Both the position numbers and the translations under genes were made by a program. Shown in pieces: positions 19,713 through 32,900 of a stretch of 64,000 bases of DNA (position 1 is its first letter; each line of letters begins with the position of its first letter). Below the pieces are notes generated by a model. The model searched no databases, was not told the origin of the DNA, and saw only the letters and a program-made list of their open reading frames with translations. Source of the stretch: Amphiscolops sp. MND2022 (taxonomy: Eukaryota); the NCBI GenBank assembly GCA_964187785.1, contig OZ076409.1, positions 36,272,001 through 36,336,000 on the forward strand. Reading direction: 5' to 3'.

Positions 19713-22700
19713 TGTAGGATTTTTGACTTTTCGCTCATGTTTTGGTGTTTATTAAATTTTAGTTCATCAGCAAGGTAGATTTTACGGGGTGATATCGTAT
19801 AAAAGTAAAGATTACAATAAGTACCTCAAGTACCTCACACTATTGTTTAATGTCAATAATATTGTCTTTAGTCTCGCGGACTACTAAAAGAACCATTCTT
19901 AGCTGCTATGAAGCGACCGCGCAACGTACTAATGCAGTGAGACGGCCGCCACCACTCAGACCTATGTAACAAAATTCTATTCGGAACGAAACTTTAACAT
20001 TGAATTTCTCAATACCTATTGCGAATATAAGAAAAATTAAACCACCAAAATGTTCCTTCCTGACCTGACTACGTGTTGAGTAAACATTTAGGAACTTTTC
20101 AGTAACGAATTTCCACAGAAAAAGCATTAGAAGTCATAAAATACTGTGAATAGAAATTTAGTCAAATTACTATGTTAATACATGTGTTTGAGGGTATGCG
20201 AGAGTGAAACTTCACAGTACGCGGTATAAGCATTGAATGCAACTCAGCTAAGCGTGGCAGAAAGCGAAAGGAATGAAAATTAGAACGCGCTGTGAGTGGC
20301 TGTACGCGTAGCTAATAAGAAAACGGCCGCCGCACACTTTGAATTAATCCCCCCTCTTGATAGAAATTAAAAATCAAAACTCGATTTCTCACAGATGAAA
20401 AAAGATAGCAACAAACGGTTTTCAGCATTCGAAAGCCCATCCAAAGGAAAGTTTAAGTTGAGAATATGAGCGTTGTGCGACCCCGGGAACATATCGGGGG
20501 GAAGCTTAGAAAATAAGTGCATTGAAAATTTTGACGATTTTCCAAAATTGAGTTTCCTTTAAAAATTTCGTGTGATCGCTACAGTTGTCAGAAAATGTTC
20601 GGATATAGCTTAAATTAAAGATAAATGAATGCCCTAACTTGTGTTAATTGGAAAATAAATAATAATCAGTAGTTTTTGAGAACTGAGCCAGCAAACGTTA
20701 AAAACAGCCCTAAAATGGCCTAAAAAGCCGTTTTTCGCATGTTATCGCTTAGTACTCAACGTGTAAGCGCACAATAGCCGCCCCCTTCACAGCGTACTTG
20801 AGAATTGAAGTGGAGGAGTGAATAGAATAATAAATAGAGTGCTGCGGTGCGCTAGCGAAGAACCCCCAAGAATTTAAAGTTGTGATTTCTTTCAGCCGAT
20901 AGGGATGTCGACCTACCAAAATGCGAACCCCCTCGCACGTTTTGGGCGATATCGAGCTGAAACTTTCAGGGTAGACGCACAAGACCCAGGCGCACAGCGT
21001 TTAGCAGAAGCGTTTTTCCGAAAAATGCCCTGGTTTCGAGATATTGGCCTCCAAAGTTGAAAGTCCAGACATAAAAATCGGGAAAATGACTACTTTCAGA
21101 AAAAGTACTATCAAATTTTGTTGAGAAAAGATAGAGACCTCATCTAAAGTGCAAAATACTCCTAATGGCTTGGGCTAACGATGTATATAAGCCCCCAGCC
21201 TGTATCTTTCAAATTGACTGAGTACTAGCACTCCAAAGTTGAGATTTGCGTGAAAACCGATGGGTGATTTTTGACTACCACACTTTAAAGGCGTTTTTCA
21301 CTGTGAAGGAGTTGAAATAGAAAGAAAACTATGGAGTAAACTTTTGTAGCCCACGATTTGTACTTTCAACTTATGTACTTGGTTTTTGCCCCCCGTGATC
21401 GAAACACCTTGTTTTTGCCCTTAGAATTTGTAACACGAAAATCGACTTTTTTTGATATGAATTAAAATCGCCTTTTAGGTCATTGTAAATTGTAGAAAAT
21501 TATTTCCTTCAGCCAGATTTAGCTGGAGAGAGTTGTCAGGAACCGCATGAGAAAAAGAGACCTGGCAAAAAGTGCAAATGTCAATCAGTAAGCCGAAGTT
21601 CAAGTCGTGCTTACAAAAGTGGGAAACACTGAGTCAGTAGCACCACCCCTTAAATTCTATTGAAAACGAAGTAAAACCATCAGTCATGATTGACAAGGAG
21701 GTGGAACTAGGACCGACTCGTGTTGAGAAAATGTACTTCTAATGAACTTTCAGTACCGAAGTAGGAAAAAAACTGTATTGCTCAACACTTAGTCAGAACC
21801 CGAAAAAGGAAAGATGATAAACTATGAATAATGATATGACTAAACTGCCGAAAAAGTAACTTAGGCCGAAGTGTGCTCCATTTTAGCGACACACAAAGTG
21901 AGTTGAAATCTAGAGAGCGGTTTGCTGCTTTGCGTCCGATAGCATCCCGCATCAGACGCCGGACTATCGAAATTGCAGATTTACTTCGTCTGGCCGGTTA
22001 GCCCGTGCCTTCAGCCTAACAACCTGAAGTTGCCTGATTTGTTGCTACCCCGCTTTTCGCTAGTACGGATTTCGACCCGGGAGTAGGGTGGACTGCTGGT
22101 CTATCGTATTACATGTAAAAGAGCCTAAGTGGGCTGATAATACACGGTTGAGCCTAAGTGGGCTGATAATACACGGTTGAGCCTAAGTGGGCTGATAATA
22201 CACGGTTGAGCCTAAGTGGGCTGATAATACACGGTTTAAGCCTAAGTGGGCTGATAATACACGGTTTAAGCCTAAATGGGCTGATAATACACGGTTTAAG
22301 CCTAAGTGGGCTGATAATACACGGTTTAAGCCTAAGTGGGCTGATAATACACGGATTGTTGTTTTCACTCCAAGACCGATAGAGATTTTGCGGCGAGTTG
22401 ATTCTTCCGATATCTTCGATATCACCCCCATCCTTACGGATACAAAAACTTAACCTTGCTGAAATTCTTGTGTACTGTTCTCTTGTGTTATATGCCTCCT
22501 AATATGCCTCCTAATATACTCAGTAATATTCTCCGCTATTATCGATGTTATCATATTATTCATTCTATTATTCGTGGATGTGAAATTGTATTTGTGTCTA
22601 ATACTCGACTTATTTATTTGATGTATAGTAATTAAAGTTCAACCTGCTTCTTTTCATCAGCGAAAAGATAATTTCAAACAGTCCAAGAGTAGCGAGACAA

Positions 22701-22931
22701 ACCCCTGAAAGAGGGAAAAATAGCAAAGTTGTAAAGATCGTGATTTCCTTGTCACACTTACCCCCACCGCCTTCGATTAAGTTGATTCGTCTCTTCTTCG
22801 GAGTTAATAAAAATTTATGTAGATACTCAGCCAGTCCTTGTCTCGTGCATGGTACCTACGGGTTTAATTGAGTTGTAGTGGAGCTATTCTCAACAAATAG
22901 TTAAAGCTACTGGAAAACTAAAAATCTTACA
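19713..22931 (+). repeat. 3' LTR (3219 bp)
   Basis: Repeat of 8675-11867; the +26 bp length difference is accounted for by +30 (extra tandem unit), -3 (C run) and -1. Confidence 0.97.
22121..22354 (+). repeat. LTR-internal tandem array, 8 units (4 of the 29-bp type + 4 of the 30-bp type)
   Basis: Same units as 11086-11289, with one extra 30-bp unit and one G>A variant (TAAATGGG). Confidence 0.97.
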
Positions 22932-24007
22932 TCATATGTTGTGAAGATATCCGAGTGTCGTTCTTTGCTCTTGTAAGTTCCCTTTTTGATTCGCTCAAGT
23001 AGAATAGCAAGAATTACGAAAAAAAGTGTTCTGAAGAGGTTGAAATCTTTTATAAAAACGTTCACTTTGAAAACACTATCCTTTGGTTGAAGGCTATTCA
23101 CAAATTTTCATTTTATTGACAGTCAGCCCAGTCGAGCAGGTAAGACTGTTATATTCAAAATCTTAATCTTGGTTTGCTCAAAGTCTTGAACTTCTTTTAC
23201 ATATAAGATTGTCGATGCTTATAATGCGGTTACATCAAGCAGTTAAAGAAATTCAACTGAAAACACAGTTTTATCTTAAAAATGATGAACTTACTTTGTT
23301 TAGAATTAATGCTCTTCATTGGGTGAAAAAAAGCGTTTCCACATTTCTGAAACTGAAGAAGATAAAAATTAATTAGACCCTTCACAAACAAGCGATTAGA
23401 TAATGAACAACAACCAGTTATCGACAGTAGTTTAAAAGGACTCAAGTTCAGGAGTTCTAGAAAAACTGAATGTCGTAAATTTGTTCATCCATGTTCATCA
23501 TGGTCGCGCTTGTCTCTCAAAAAAATAAGCCGTAGGCGCTAAGGTGCTTATATCTATCATAGAATAGGAGAAGAAGGCTTCAGAGTTGAATATATTCTGA
23601 AAATGTTCCAACTTACGAAAAGAGTACGAAAAATAGATCACGCCATGAACATATGGGGACCTAAGGTTTTCTTGTTCCGCTTGGCTTGAGTGAAAATGTG
23701 ACTGTGGCTGCTTCTTCGTTAAAAAATCTTGAAATTAACAATAAAATGCATTTGTATAATTTGTTTTTCATCTGAAGTATTTTTAATCTCGGGAATTGAT
23801 GATAGAAGAGTTAAAATTAGTTTCATTTCCTGTGGAGACATGCTTCAAGTTTTTTTTTCGTAATTCTAAGATTTTTGATGGAGTCATGTGACAGATTGAA
23901 ATTTGTCAGAAGGTTATATAGCTAAAGTATCTGCCTACGTACTATAAACGTATTCATGGTCTAGAACATTTGTCATTGTTACATTTACGAATCCAGCGAG
24001 CAGAATA

Positions 24008-24374
24008 CCAGGTGAACAAAAAACGGAACGCATAAAAATTTTTTGAGCTCTCACAATGTCAAGTTTTTGTTAACAAACATTTGATAACTTTGAACATTAA
24101 AATTCAAATTGTCAATCATTGAAGAATTTGACAACATTGCTTTCACACCTTTGTGTCATATAAATTTCAAACATCAGAAGTGCGAATAAAGTGACTAATA
24201 AAGATGTCTAGCCTTTCTTGGAAGGTTTATGCTCAATTGTGATGTGATTACGCAATGAAAGCTTCATTTTGAATGCTCGACTGAAAATAAGAATGCTGAT
24301 CAGCGAATTGTTAACAAATATTAAAATTTTTGAACAGTGAAATTTTTGTGCGTTCCGTTTTTTGGTTCACCTAG
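24008..24374. mobile_element. Tc1/mariner-like MITE (~367 bp)
   Basis: TIR CCAGGTGAACAAAAAACGGAACGCATAAAAATTT versus AAATTTTTGTGCGTTCCGTTTTTTGGTTCACCTAG; TA on the left flank (TT on the right); inner inverted TTGTTAACAA blocks. Confidence 0.7.
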
Positions 24375-24775
24375 TTCAGTATTGACTGAAACGCCACAGA
24401 AATTGACTACCTTTCAGCGAAAAATGTTCCAAAAAGTTTCGATTTCATGACCTTTATGGCATGACAAAATCTCAAAAAATCTCGCTCACAGATTAATAAC
24501 TGATTTGCACCGAACTGCTTTGCTCACAGAACTGTTTGCACCCTGGTGAAGCCATTCTCCCAAGTTTGTTTTTACTAAACAATTACCACTTAAATGCAGT
24601 ACCAGTCTGAGTTCCGTTACTTGCTTTGCCGATCTTTTTTGATATAAAATTCAGTATTTGTCAACTTTCAATTTTTGCCACCCTAACATATGATAATTGG
24701 CAGCAGTCACAAACTCCATGTGCACTTCTTCCAAAAACAAAACATTCGTTCAAATTTTGCAAAGTCTTCGGATGT

Positions 24776-27703
24776 TTTTAGATTTTTGGTTTTCAGTAGC
24801 TTTAACTATTGGTTGAGAATAGCTCCACTACAACTCAATTAAACCCGCACGATACCATGCACGATTCAAGGAAAGGCTGAGTATCTACATAAAATTTTAT
24901 TACCTTCGAAAAAAAAGAAGAATCAACACGATCGAATACGGTGGGGACAAGTGCGACAAGGAAATCACGTATCTTTTACAACTTCGAATATAAGCCTTCT
25001 TCAAGGGCTTTGTATCATTACTTTTGAGTTGTTGAAACTTTTTTTCAGAATGAAAAGAGCAGTTTGAAAGTCAATTTATACACAATAATACTATAGGACG
25101 ATTAAAAGACACACACAAATTCACATCCACAAATAATAGAATGAATACAACGATATTATCTGAGGATAAAACGGATTATAATAGGAAGGCATATAACACA
25201 AGAAATCAAAAAACAAGGCTTGCAGTAAGGTTGATTTGTTGAGGTAAAATTGGTGAGATATCGAAATACGCAACTCTTGCGCAAGTTCTCTCTATCGAAC
25301 TTGGACTGAAAGCAATTAGTGGACTCAGGGCCATTAAACCGTATTACATGTAGAGACGATAGACCAAATGTCCACTCTGCTGCCGGGTCAAAATTCGTAT
25401 CAAGGAGTGGCGGATCGGCGATCTGTCAGGCAACTTCTAGCAGAACGCTCGGGCGCCACTGCAAACAAAAAATCTGCATTTTGATAATCCGGTGCCTGAT
25501 GCGGAACGTATTCACTCCGTAAAAACTGCAAATCGTCTTTCGGAGATTGACTATCTTGGTGTGTTTTCGTAATAGCGCACACTTCGGTCAAAGTTAGTTC
25601 TTTGGCAGTTTAGTCACTGAGGTTTTCGTAATTTGTCATCATTCCTTTTTTGGGCCTGACTAATTGCTGAGTGATATATGTTTCCTACTTCGGTACTAAA
25701 GGTTCATCAGAAGTACATTTTCTCATCCTTAGTCAGTCCTGGTTCCACCTTCTTGTCAATCATGACTAGTGGTTTTACTCCGTTTTCAAAAGAATTTACG
25801 TGGAGGTGTTACTGAGTCAGTATTTCCCACTTTTGCAAACAAGACTTACACTTCGGCTCAATGGTTGACTTTTGCCCTTATTGTCATGTCCTTTTTTCCC
25901 ACACAGCTCCCGATAACTCTTTTTTGCAAAATATGGCTAAAGGTAATGATTCCCAACAAAATTACAATGACCTAAAAAGCAATTATGTTTCACATCCCAA
26001 AAAGTGGATTTTCGAGTTACACCATCTCAGTGCAAAACCTAAGCGTTTCAACCACTGGGAGCTGAAACCAAATACACCATACAAACGGAAATTTGAAAAG
26101 TTACAAAAACGTTCCTCGTCGGGACCTTTCTATTCCAACTCCTTTACGGTGAAAAACGACCTTGAAGTGTAGTTGTCAAAAATCATGTATCGACATTTGC
26201 AAAAATCTCAACTTTGGAGGGATTGAATTCGTTCATATTGAAAGGTACAGCGTGGACGATTATATACATGGATAGCCCGAGCTATAAGGAGTAATTTGCA
26301 CTTTAGATAAGGTCTACATCTTTTCTCAAAAGTTGGTGGCATTTTTGTCTGAAAACAATCAATTTTCAGATTTTGACCTGACCTTCAACTTTAGAGGTCA
26401 ATATCTCAAAATCAGGTCACTTTTAATAAAAAACGCTCCCGCTTGTGCGTTAACATACCATACCGTTGTGCGTCTTTCCTGAAATTTTTAGCTCGATATC
26501 GCCCAAAACCTGCAGCGGAGGTGTTAGCATTTTGACAGGTGGATTTCAGTTTTATCACAATGACTTCTCAACTTCCAGTTCTTGGAGGTTTTTCGCTAGC
26601 GCTCCGCAGCGCTCAATTTACTTCTTCATTCACTCATCCACTTCAATTCTCAAGTATGCTGCAAGGGGTACCTATTGTGAGCTTAGACGTTGAGTACTAG
26701 GTAACAATTTGCGAGAAACGGCTATTTTGACCTATTTTAGCCCATTTGTTATCGTTTGCTGGCTCAAATTTCAAAAAGTGCTGAATAATATCTATTTCCA
26801 ATTGACACAATTTGAAAAATTCATTTGACTTTAATATTAAGTTTATCCAATCTTTTTTTGACGGTTGTAGCGATTATACGAATTTTTTAAACGAAATTTT
26901 TCTGAATAATTCAAGAAATTCGTCAAACGTTTAATATTCAAAGCCTCCCCGGGCCAACTTTTCATTGTCGCACAAGGCTAATAGCTTCAACTTAAGCTTG
27001 TTGATATATTTTTCCTTCTTCGAGAAATCGGGTTTTGATTTTCATTTTTGATTAAGGAGGGGGATAATTCCAAAGTGTGCGGCCGCCGTTTTCTTATTAG
27101 CTGTCCGTACATCCACACACAGCGCGTTCTCAATTTCATTCCTTCCGCTTTCTAACACACTTTGACGAGTTTCATTGTATGCTTATACCTCTCACTGTGA
27201 AGTTTCACTCTCGCATACCCTCAAACAATCGTATTACCGTAGCTATTTGACTAATTTTCCGTTCACTGTGAAAACTTAACTTCTGGTTCCATTCCTGTGG
27301 TATCCAATCCTGAAAAGTTCTTTACTGTTTACTCAAAACGTAGTCAAGTCAAATAGGAACATTCGTTCGATTCAATTCTTCTTACATTAGCAATAGGTAT
27401 CGAGAAGTTCGATGTCAACGTTTTTTTCTTAGTAAAATTTTCATTCATAGTTTTATGTGGTGGTGGCGACGGCCGTATTGCATTAATACCTTGCGCGGTC
27501 GCTTCATAACAGCTAAGAATGGTTATTTTGATTGTCAGGGGGACTGAAGACAATATTTTTGACAATAAACAATATGGCGAGGTGCTTGAAGTACTTACTG
27601 TTATAATTACTTTCATACATATCACACCCGAATAGTCTATCTTGCTGAAGGTGTAAGATTTAATAAACATCATAACATGAGCAAAAAAGTGAAAATCCTT
27701 ACA
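24776..27703 (-). mobile_element. Diverged solo LTR (~2.9 kb) of the same family as the 8675-22931 element, inverted
   Basis: Collinear reverse-complement similarity to the whole LTR from end to end (e.g. AATAGCTCCACTACAACTCAATTAAACCCG; GCCGTTTTCTTATTAGCT; ...AAAATCCTTACA); no internal domain adjacent; no TSD recognised. Confidence 0.92.
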
Positions 27704-29021
27704 AACAAGTAGGTAGACTTTATTTTGCTTTGTTTTTTTCTAACTTGATGCTGAGACCTTTTCATTCTACCGATCATGTTCAATGCCGATCTTTTTCAGT
27801 CACTCGAGGGCAACTTTGCATAACAATCCTAGCTGAATCTGCTAAATATTTTTATATCCTGTTTTCATGCAGACGAGGGTAATTTCTTTACAAAACACGG
27901 AGAACTTGGTGTGCTTGTCTGGAAAGACTTTGTACGATTACAAGCGTTTTTCACTCTCTTGTTTCTCTCGATTACATACCAAATAGACAGTGTCATTGAT
28001 AATAAGTTTATTATTTCCACAGCAAAACTCGGTGGCACGACTCGGCATTCCTCCTTCTTCCTTGTAAAAAGTTCAAGCAGTTTCAACCAGGGAGTGATTA
28101 CATCAGTTGAGTATTCGAAATTGTGAAAAACAAGCCTTCGAGTCGGAAAAGATGAGAAAAAAATGCAAATTTTCTTTTATGACTGCATTCTTAAAAGTTT
28201 GCATTCATGCTTCTTGATATATTCATGTCGAGTGAAATTTAGCTTGTATGGCCTAATGACATAGACATTTTTTCGACACCTTCAACTAATAAACTTTCTG
28301 GGATGGATCAACTTGCCTAACCAGTTTGACCGTGTTACAATCATAAAAGGTAAATTTTTTTAACGCTGACGTCGTTTTGAAGTTAGTGACGTCAAGATAT
28401 CTAGATCAACCTTGAGTTATTTTAAATACCATTTTGAATGCATCTGTGTCGCTAATGAGGCGTCTTTAGTGTATTAGTTACAAAATCTGGCTAAATTTAA
28501 CTCTCAACTTTGTTTCAACCTTTTAAGACATTCCTTCTGCTTTGTTTGAGTTATGTGGAATGTATACAGTTCGCAATGCTTTTTGTCCTATAAAAACTTC
28601 CTATTTCATATTCAACAAAAGCCCATTGAACTCTCTTCCTTTATATAAAATATTCCACCAAATGATTGTCAAACCTTTCATCAGGATTTTGCTTGAAAAC
28701 TTGGTAATCATCAATCAATTCTTAACTCGTTGACTCATTTAGATAATAATTGTTTTTGTTGCAATTGCATAATGTCAAGAATTCATCCCGAACTTGAACC
28801 CTGTTCAGCCAGCAATGAAAAAATCTGACTGCGCATGAAACAATCAAACTCTTAAGTATGTCTGTCAGATATTGTTTTCAGCAAAATTCGAAGAGATATT
28901 TTTGTCGGTCACACATGTTGGGAATTAGAAAATCACAGTAGGATGCAATTTGATGCCATGGAATAAAATGGGAAAATATAATTATGTCTACATTCATGCT
29001 TCTCGTTTTCCTTCATCATTG

Positions 29022-29326
29022 TTTAGGAGTCGGAAAAATTTTTCGACTACTTATGCAACCGTGTTGTTTTTTTCTCCCTACCTTTCAATCAAAATTTCAA
29101 ACTTCTCAAGAAATGTGAGAAACATAGTCAAAATTAGCCCTAAAAAGTCATTTTTCGATTTTCTCAAAAATACTCCATACGTTTTGAACGAAATTATCTA
29201 CAGTCAATATACGCCATAATATGGTCCTATGAGTCCAATTTCAATAAATTCGTATGACTGAGAGTCGAGCGATTCAGAAGGAAAAATACTTAAGCCGACT
29301 CGTTTACCGCATATGCGGCTCTGGTT
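29022..29326 (+). mobile_element. HINE-like non-autonomous element, family B
   Basis: SubTIR GAGTCGG (29027-29033) / CCGACTC (29295-29301), followed by hairpin CCGCATATGCGG (29307-29318) and CTGGTTTT; T-rich flanks. Confidence 0.55.
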
Positions 29327-29439
29327 TTCTTTCATGTCATCAGTATCGTCATCCACAGCAAGCACAGTGGCACTGAAAGGGTTGCAGCATCTTGTGGCAA
29401 AATTAGAAGTTTTAACAGTGACTTACAATGCCCCGTGCA

Positions 29440-29866
29440 TGTTACTGACCTCGCATAATGGATGAATTCGTTTAGCAATCGTGAGGAAAGTGGCCATAAA
29501 ATGATTGGTCAGGATATGCCCGGAAACACTGACTGGGATTAGAAAAAGGTTGACGCCAGTAAAATAACTGATATTATATAAAGTGTATATATTATATAAG
29601 AGTAAAGAGAAAAGAGGAGGGGTAATACAAAGGGGATCGTTTCGAAATATATTTACCTGAGGAATTTGTTTTCTCTTTCTCTTTTCTTCTCTTGACTTTC
29701 GTTTCTATATCTTGCAAAGACGCAAAGATTAATTTTCGAATGATTTCATTCAGGAAAACTTGCAATGAGCTATTCCAATAATAAAAAAACTGAAAATCTT
29801 TCAAAAGATTTCACGAATGAATCACAATCAAAGAAATTAATTCAAACGAAATGTTGAGTCACAACA
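29440..29866 (-). repeat. BEL/Pao 3' LTR (427 bp, shorter copy)
   Basis: TGTTACT...CACAACA; matches 36001-36007, ~36490-36810 and ~37080-37199. Confidence 0.88.
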
Positions 29867-29905
29867 TATTTCGCCCCCCAAAAAGGGTTTAGACGATAAT
29901 TGTTA

Positions 29906-32900
29906 TCACTGTTCAAGTGGAACAATTGACACTGGTAAAAGTAAAGCGAAGTTTCTTGTTTTATTTACGAAGTCGACAGAATATTTTGACAACTTTTTTA
30001 CTGGTCTGTGAATGTAGCCATATGTCGTTTTGAGTATGCAAGATCGCAAGACTCCATCCGCCCCCGGAAACACTTCGTCGACTCTTGTCATTGGCCATAA
30101 CCCACGAGGTGTAAAATCTTCTAGAAGCCAAACCAAGTCGCCAGGCTGCACATTTGGAGTTGGAGTGGATCCTTTACCACGCTCGAAGAGTGTAGGCATG
30201 TATTCTTTCTGGAAACGATGCCAAAACTGTTCGTAGAGCTGTTGCGCTTGCTTCCAACTGCTGCAGTTAGTAACTGACTTATCCGATAAGATGTCGGGTA
30301 GAACATCTGGTGATGGTCGGCCTTGCAGGCAATGGTTATGTGTGATGTTCCACATCTCGAGAATCACTGGATACTTCAGTTAGAGGTCGATCATTCTTCA
30401 TTCCAGCTACCTCGCACACAAGGAACGCATGAGTCAAAGTTCGAGAACGAATTACACGATGAAAGGCGTTCTTGAACACTTTTACCAAGTCTCCCAGGAT
30501 CCACCAAAATGAGGCGTTGATGGAGGTATAAAGCGCCAATCCAAAGGAGTTGTACCAAGGCGACGTACCAAAGTTTCTCAAAACCATTATTTAATTCTTT
30601 ACTAGCGTTGGTGAAAGTTGTCGCGTTCATTACGATACATATGCTGCTAAAGTGGAAATTATCATCAATTGTACAATGTATTTTCCGTAAAACGAGAGCG
30701 AACTGTATTCTAGTCAAACAGCGCATTGTGTTCATCGCGGATTGTGATGCACAGTGTAACCAGATATTCGGTACACACCGTGAGTAAAATGAACACCAAA
30801 CGTTGCTTTTATTCGTGTGTGAAGTAGCAACCAGTCAAAGTAACTAATTGTAGAGAGTGTAAAGTAGCTATTTACTGTATTTTGATCACTACGCGTAACG
30901 CCAAATCACACAGTGTAACGAGCAAAACTCGTAACGCGTGTCAGAAACTAGAACGCGATTTTATTGGCTGTTAATCGAACTAGCAAGATCTTGCTATTTC
31001 GTTGCGGCATATGTATTGTAATGTTGTCGGAGTAGATTTGTTGTGGATTTCCACACAAAGAAATGAAACGCCGTTTTGCCATGAGCGTGTCTCTGTATTG
31101 AGATCAGCCCAGGTTTCGATATGAACAGCCCTAGTGAAAAGGCAAGAAGAGAACAGGCAATATCGTTTCCCGAAACGACCAATGTCTTTGATGGGAAACG
31201 GACCAACGAAATCGAGTCAAACAAATGGAAAATGGTTCGCAGAAGGAAAGCGACAATCAGGTAGATCAGCCATTGTCGGATAGTCGACGTGCTGGGTTAT
31301 CCTTCTTCAAGGAATAAAACGATGGATGATGGTCTTGAGGGCAGACCGACTACCCCCAACCCAAAACTGCTCTTGACTTGAACAGTGCTACGAGACGGTT
31401 CGAGGCTAGCATGGGAGTTGCTTTTGTGTGTATGGAAGAGAAAGAGTTTTACTGCCGGATGCTTCGAATCACGAATGATTGGGTAACGTGTGACAAGGAG
31501 ATACTTTGCTTTGGAAAGCCTGCCGCGAGCGAGAAGAAGGACTTCCTGATCGAGAAATGGAGTGATGATACTCGTGAGTCAGGCGAAGGAAGTTTTAGTC
31601 TTGTCAAGGCGTAGAATTCTTTCGGAAACGAAGTTCTTTGAGTCTCCAAAAAGATCCATCTGAACGCTTCCATAAGATGAGTAACCCCCAGTCGATACCT
31701 GATGCGACAATGTTTGTCCAGCAAGAGATAACAGAAACCAACAGTTCTGGATAGACGAGTCCCTTGACTAAAGTTTTGAAACGAGACGACTGAGTCAACC
31801 CGGGTCAGAGGAAAACAAATGTTTGGACATTCGAGAGCATTATTAGATCTTTCTGGTCAAGTTTCTGGAATATTTAGAAAAAAATCGGGTTCTTCGATCC
31901 ACAGTGACCTGATGTAAATTCTAAAACCGGTTTTCCTCTATTACCATCATCAGCCAGGTTCAAGGCTGTGGGAACGTAACGCCACTGGGACGCAGTCGAA
32001 GTTGAGAGAATGATGGATAAAGGATTGACTATGAAAAATTTGTGTCGACTCTCGGATGAATTGGTCCAGGAGAGAACAGTAGTGCTGTATATCCAATAGA
32101 CGGTTGAATCAAAAGAAAAAGTTTGCTCTTCTTTGATGAATTGAGCTAGTTTGGCCAACAGTTCGATGTTGGGTACCGTCATTTTTTTGATCGATGCCAC
32201 TCGAGTTTTTCCGAGAATGAAATTGACACTCAGAGAGTTGTCGGCGAACACTGTACGAAGAAATACACTATTGGCTATCGCTTTTTCAGAAGCATCGCTA
32301 AAATGGTAATCTTTTATTGACTGGTTGTTTGGAAAGATCCGCTTCTTCTTCGAAAAATTCTTTCAAGTCATGGTAGTTTCCAAGGGAAAGTACCGATCCC
32401 AGTGCTGATTGCCATTCCAAATTAGCGAAAGCGAATTTGAACAGGTGATGACATACCAAGAGAGTCAAAAATTGGAGAAACCTACTTAGCTTTTTTGAAG
32501 TGTTTTGAAAATTGGTATTAGTGTTTGATTCAACAGGTGCCGAATTTGACCTGTCAGATTCCGGAAAGGACTGATTGAATTCAAGATTGTTGGACGTCCA
32601 TTTCGTTAGATTAAAACCAGCGGTTGCTAAAACTGCTTAGAGGTATCGGCGCAATTTCTTTGCTGTTCATGAGTATCAGTGGACACATAGAGATCATCCA
32701 ATTAGATGTGTTGAGCCACTAACTTTGGAGCGTCAGCTTAGACCGTTTTGTTGTCCTCAGCACTCAGTCGAACAGCGTAGCAAGCAGCACACGGTGAGTC
32801 TGTTGCACGAAAAAGTGGCGATTTTACTCATGAGTTTTGTCATGCCATTAATATCGTAAAAAGCGTCTATCTGAAAGGGGTGCAGATACCTTGCATGAAC

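Larger units (their letters stand above)
8675..22931 (+). mobile_element. Full-length young Ty3/Gypsy LTR retrotransposon (14,257 bp) with macrodomain-containing Pol
   Basis: Two near-identical TG...CA LTRs, 5-bp TSD TCATA (8670-8674 and 22932-22936), PBS, PPT, and gag-PR-RT-RH-(macro)-IN order. Confidence 0.98.

Noticed and set aside
8675..22931. The 3.2-kb direct repeat as an assembly or segmental duplication
   Set aside because: TG...CA ends, TSD, PBS and PPT show these are genuine LTRs.
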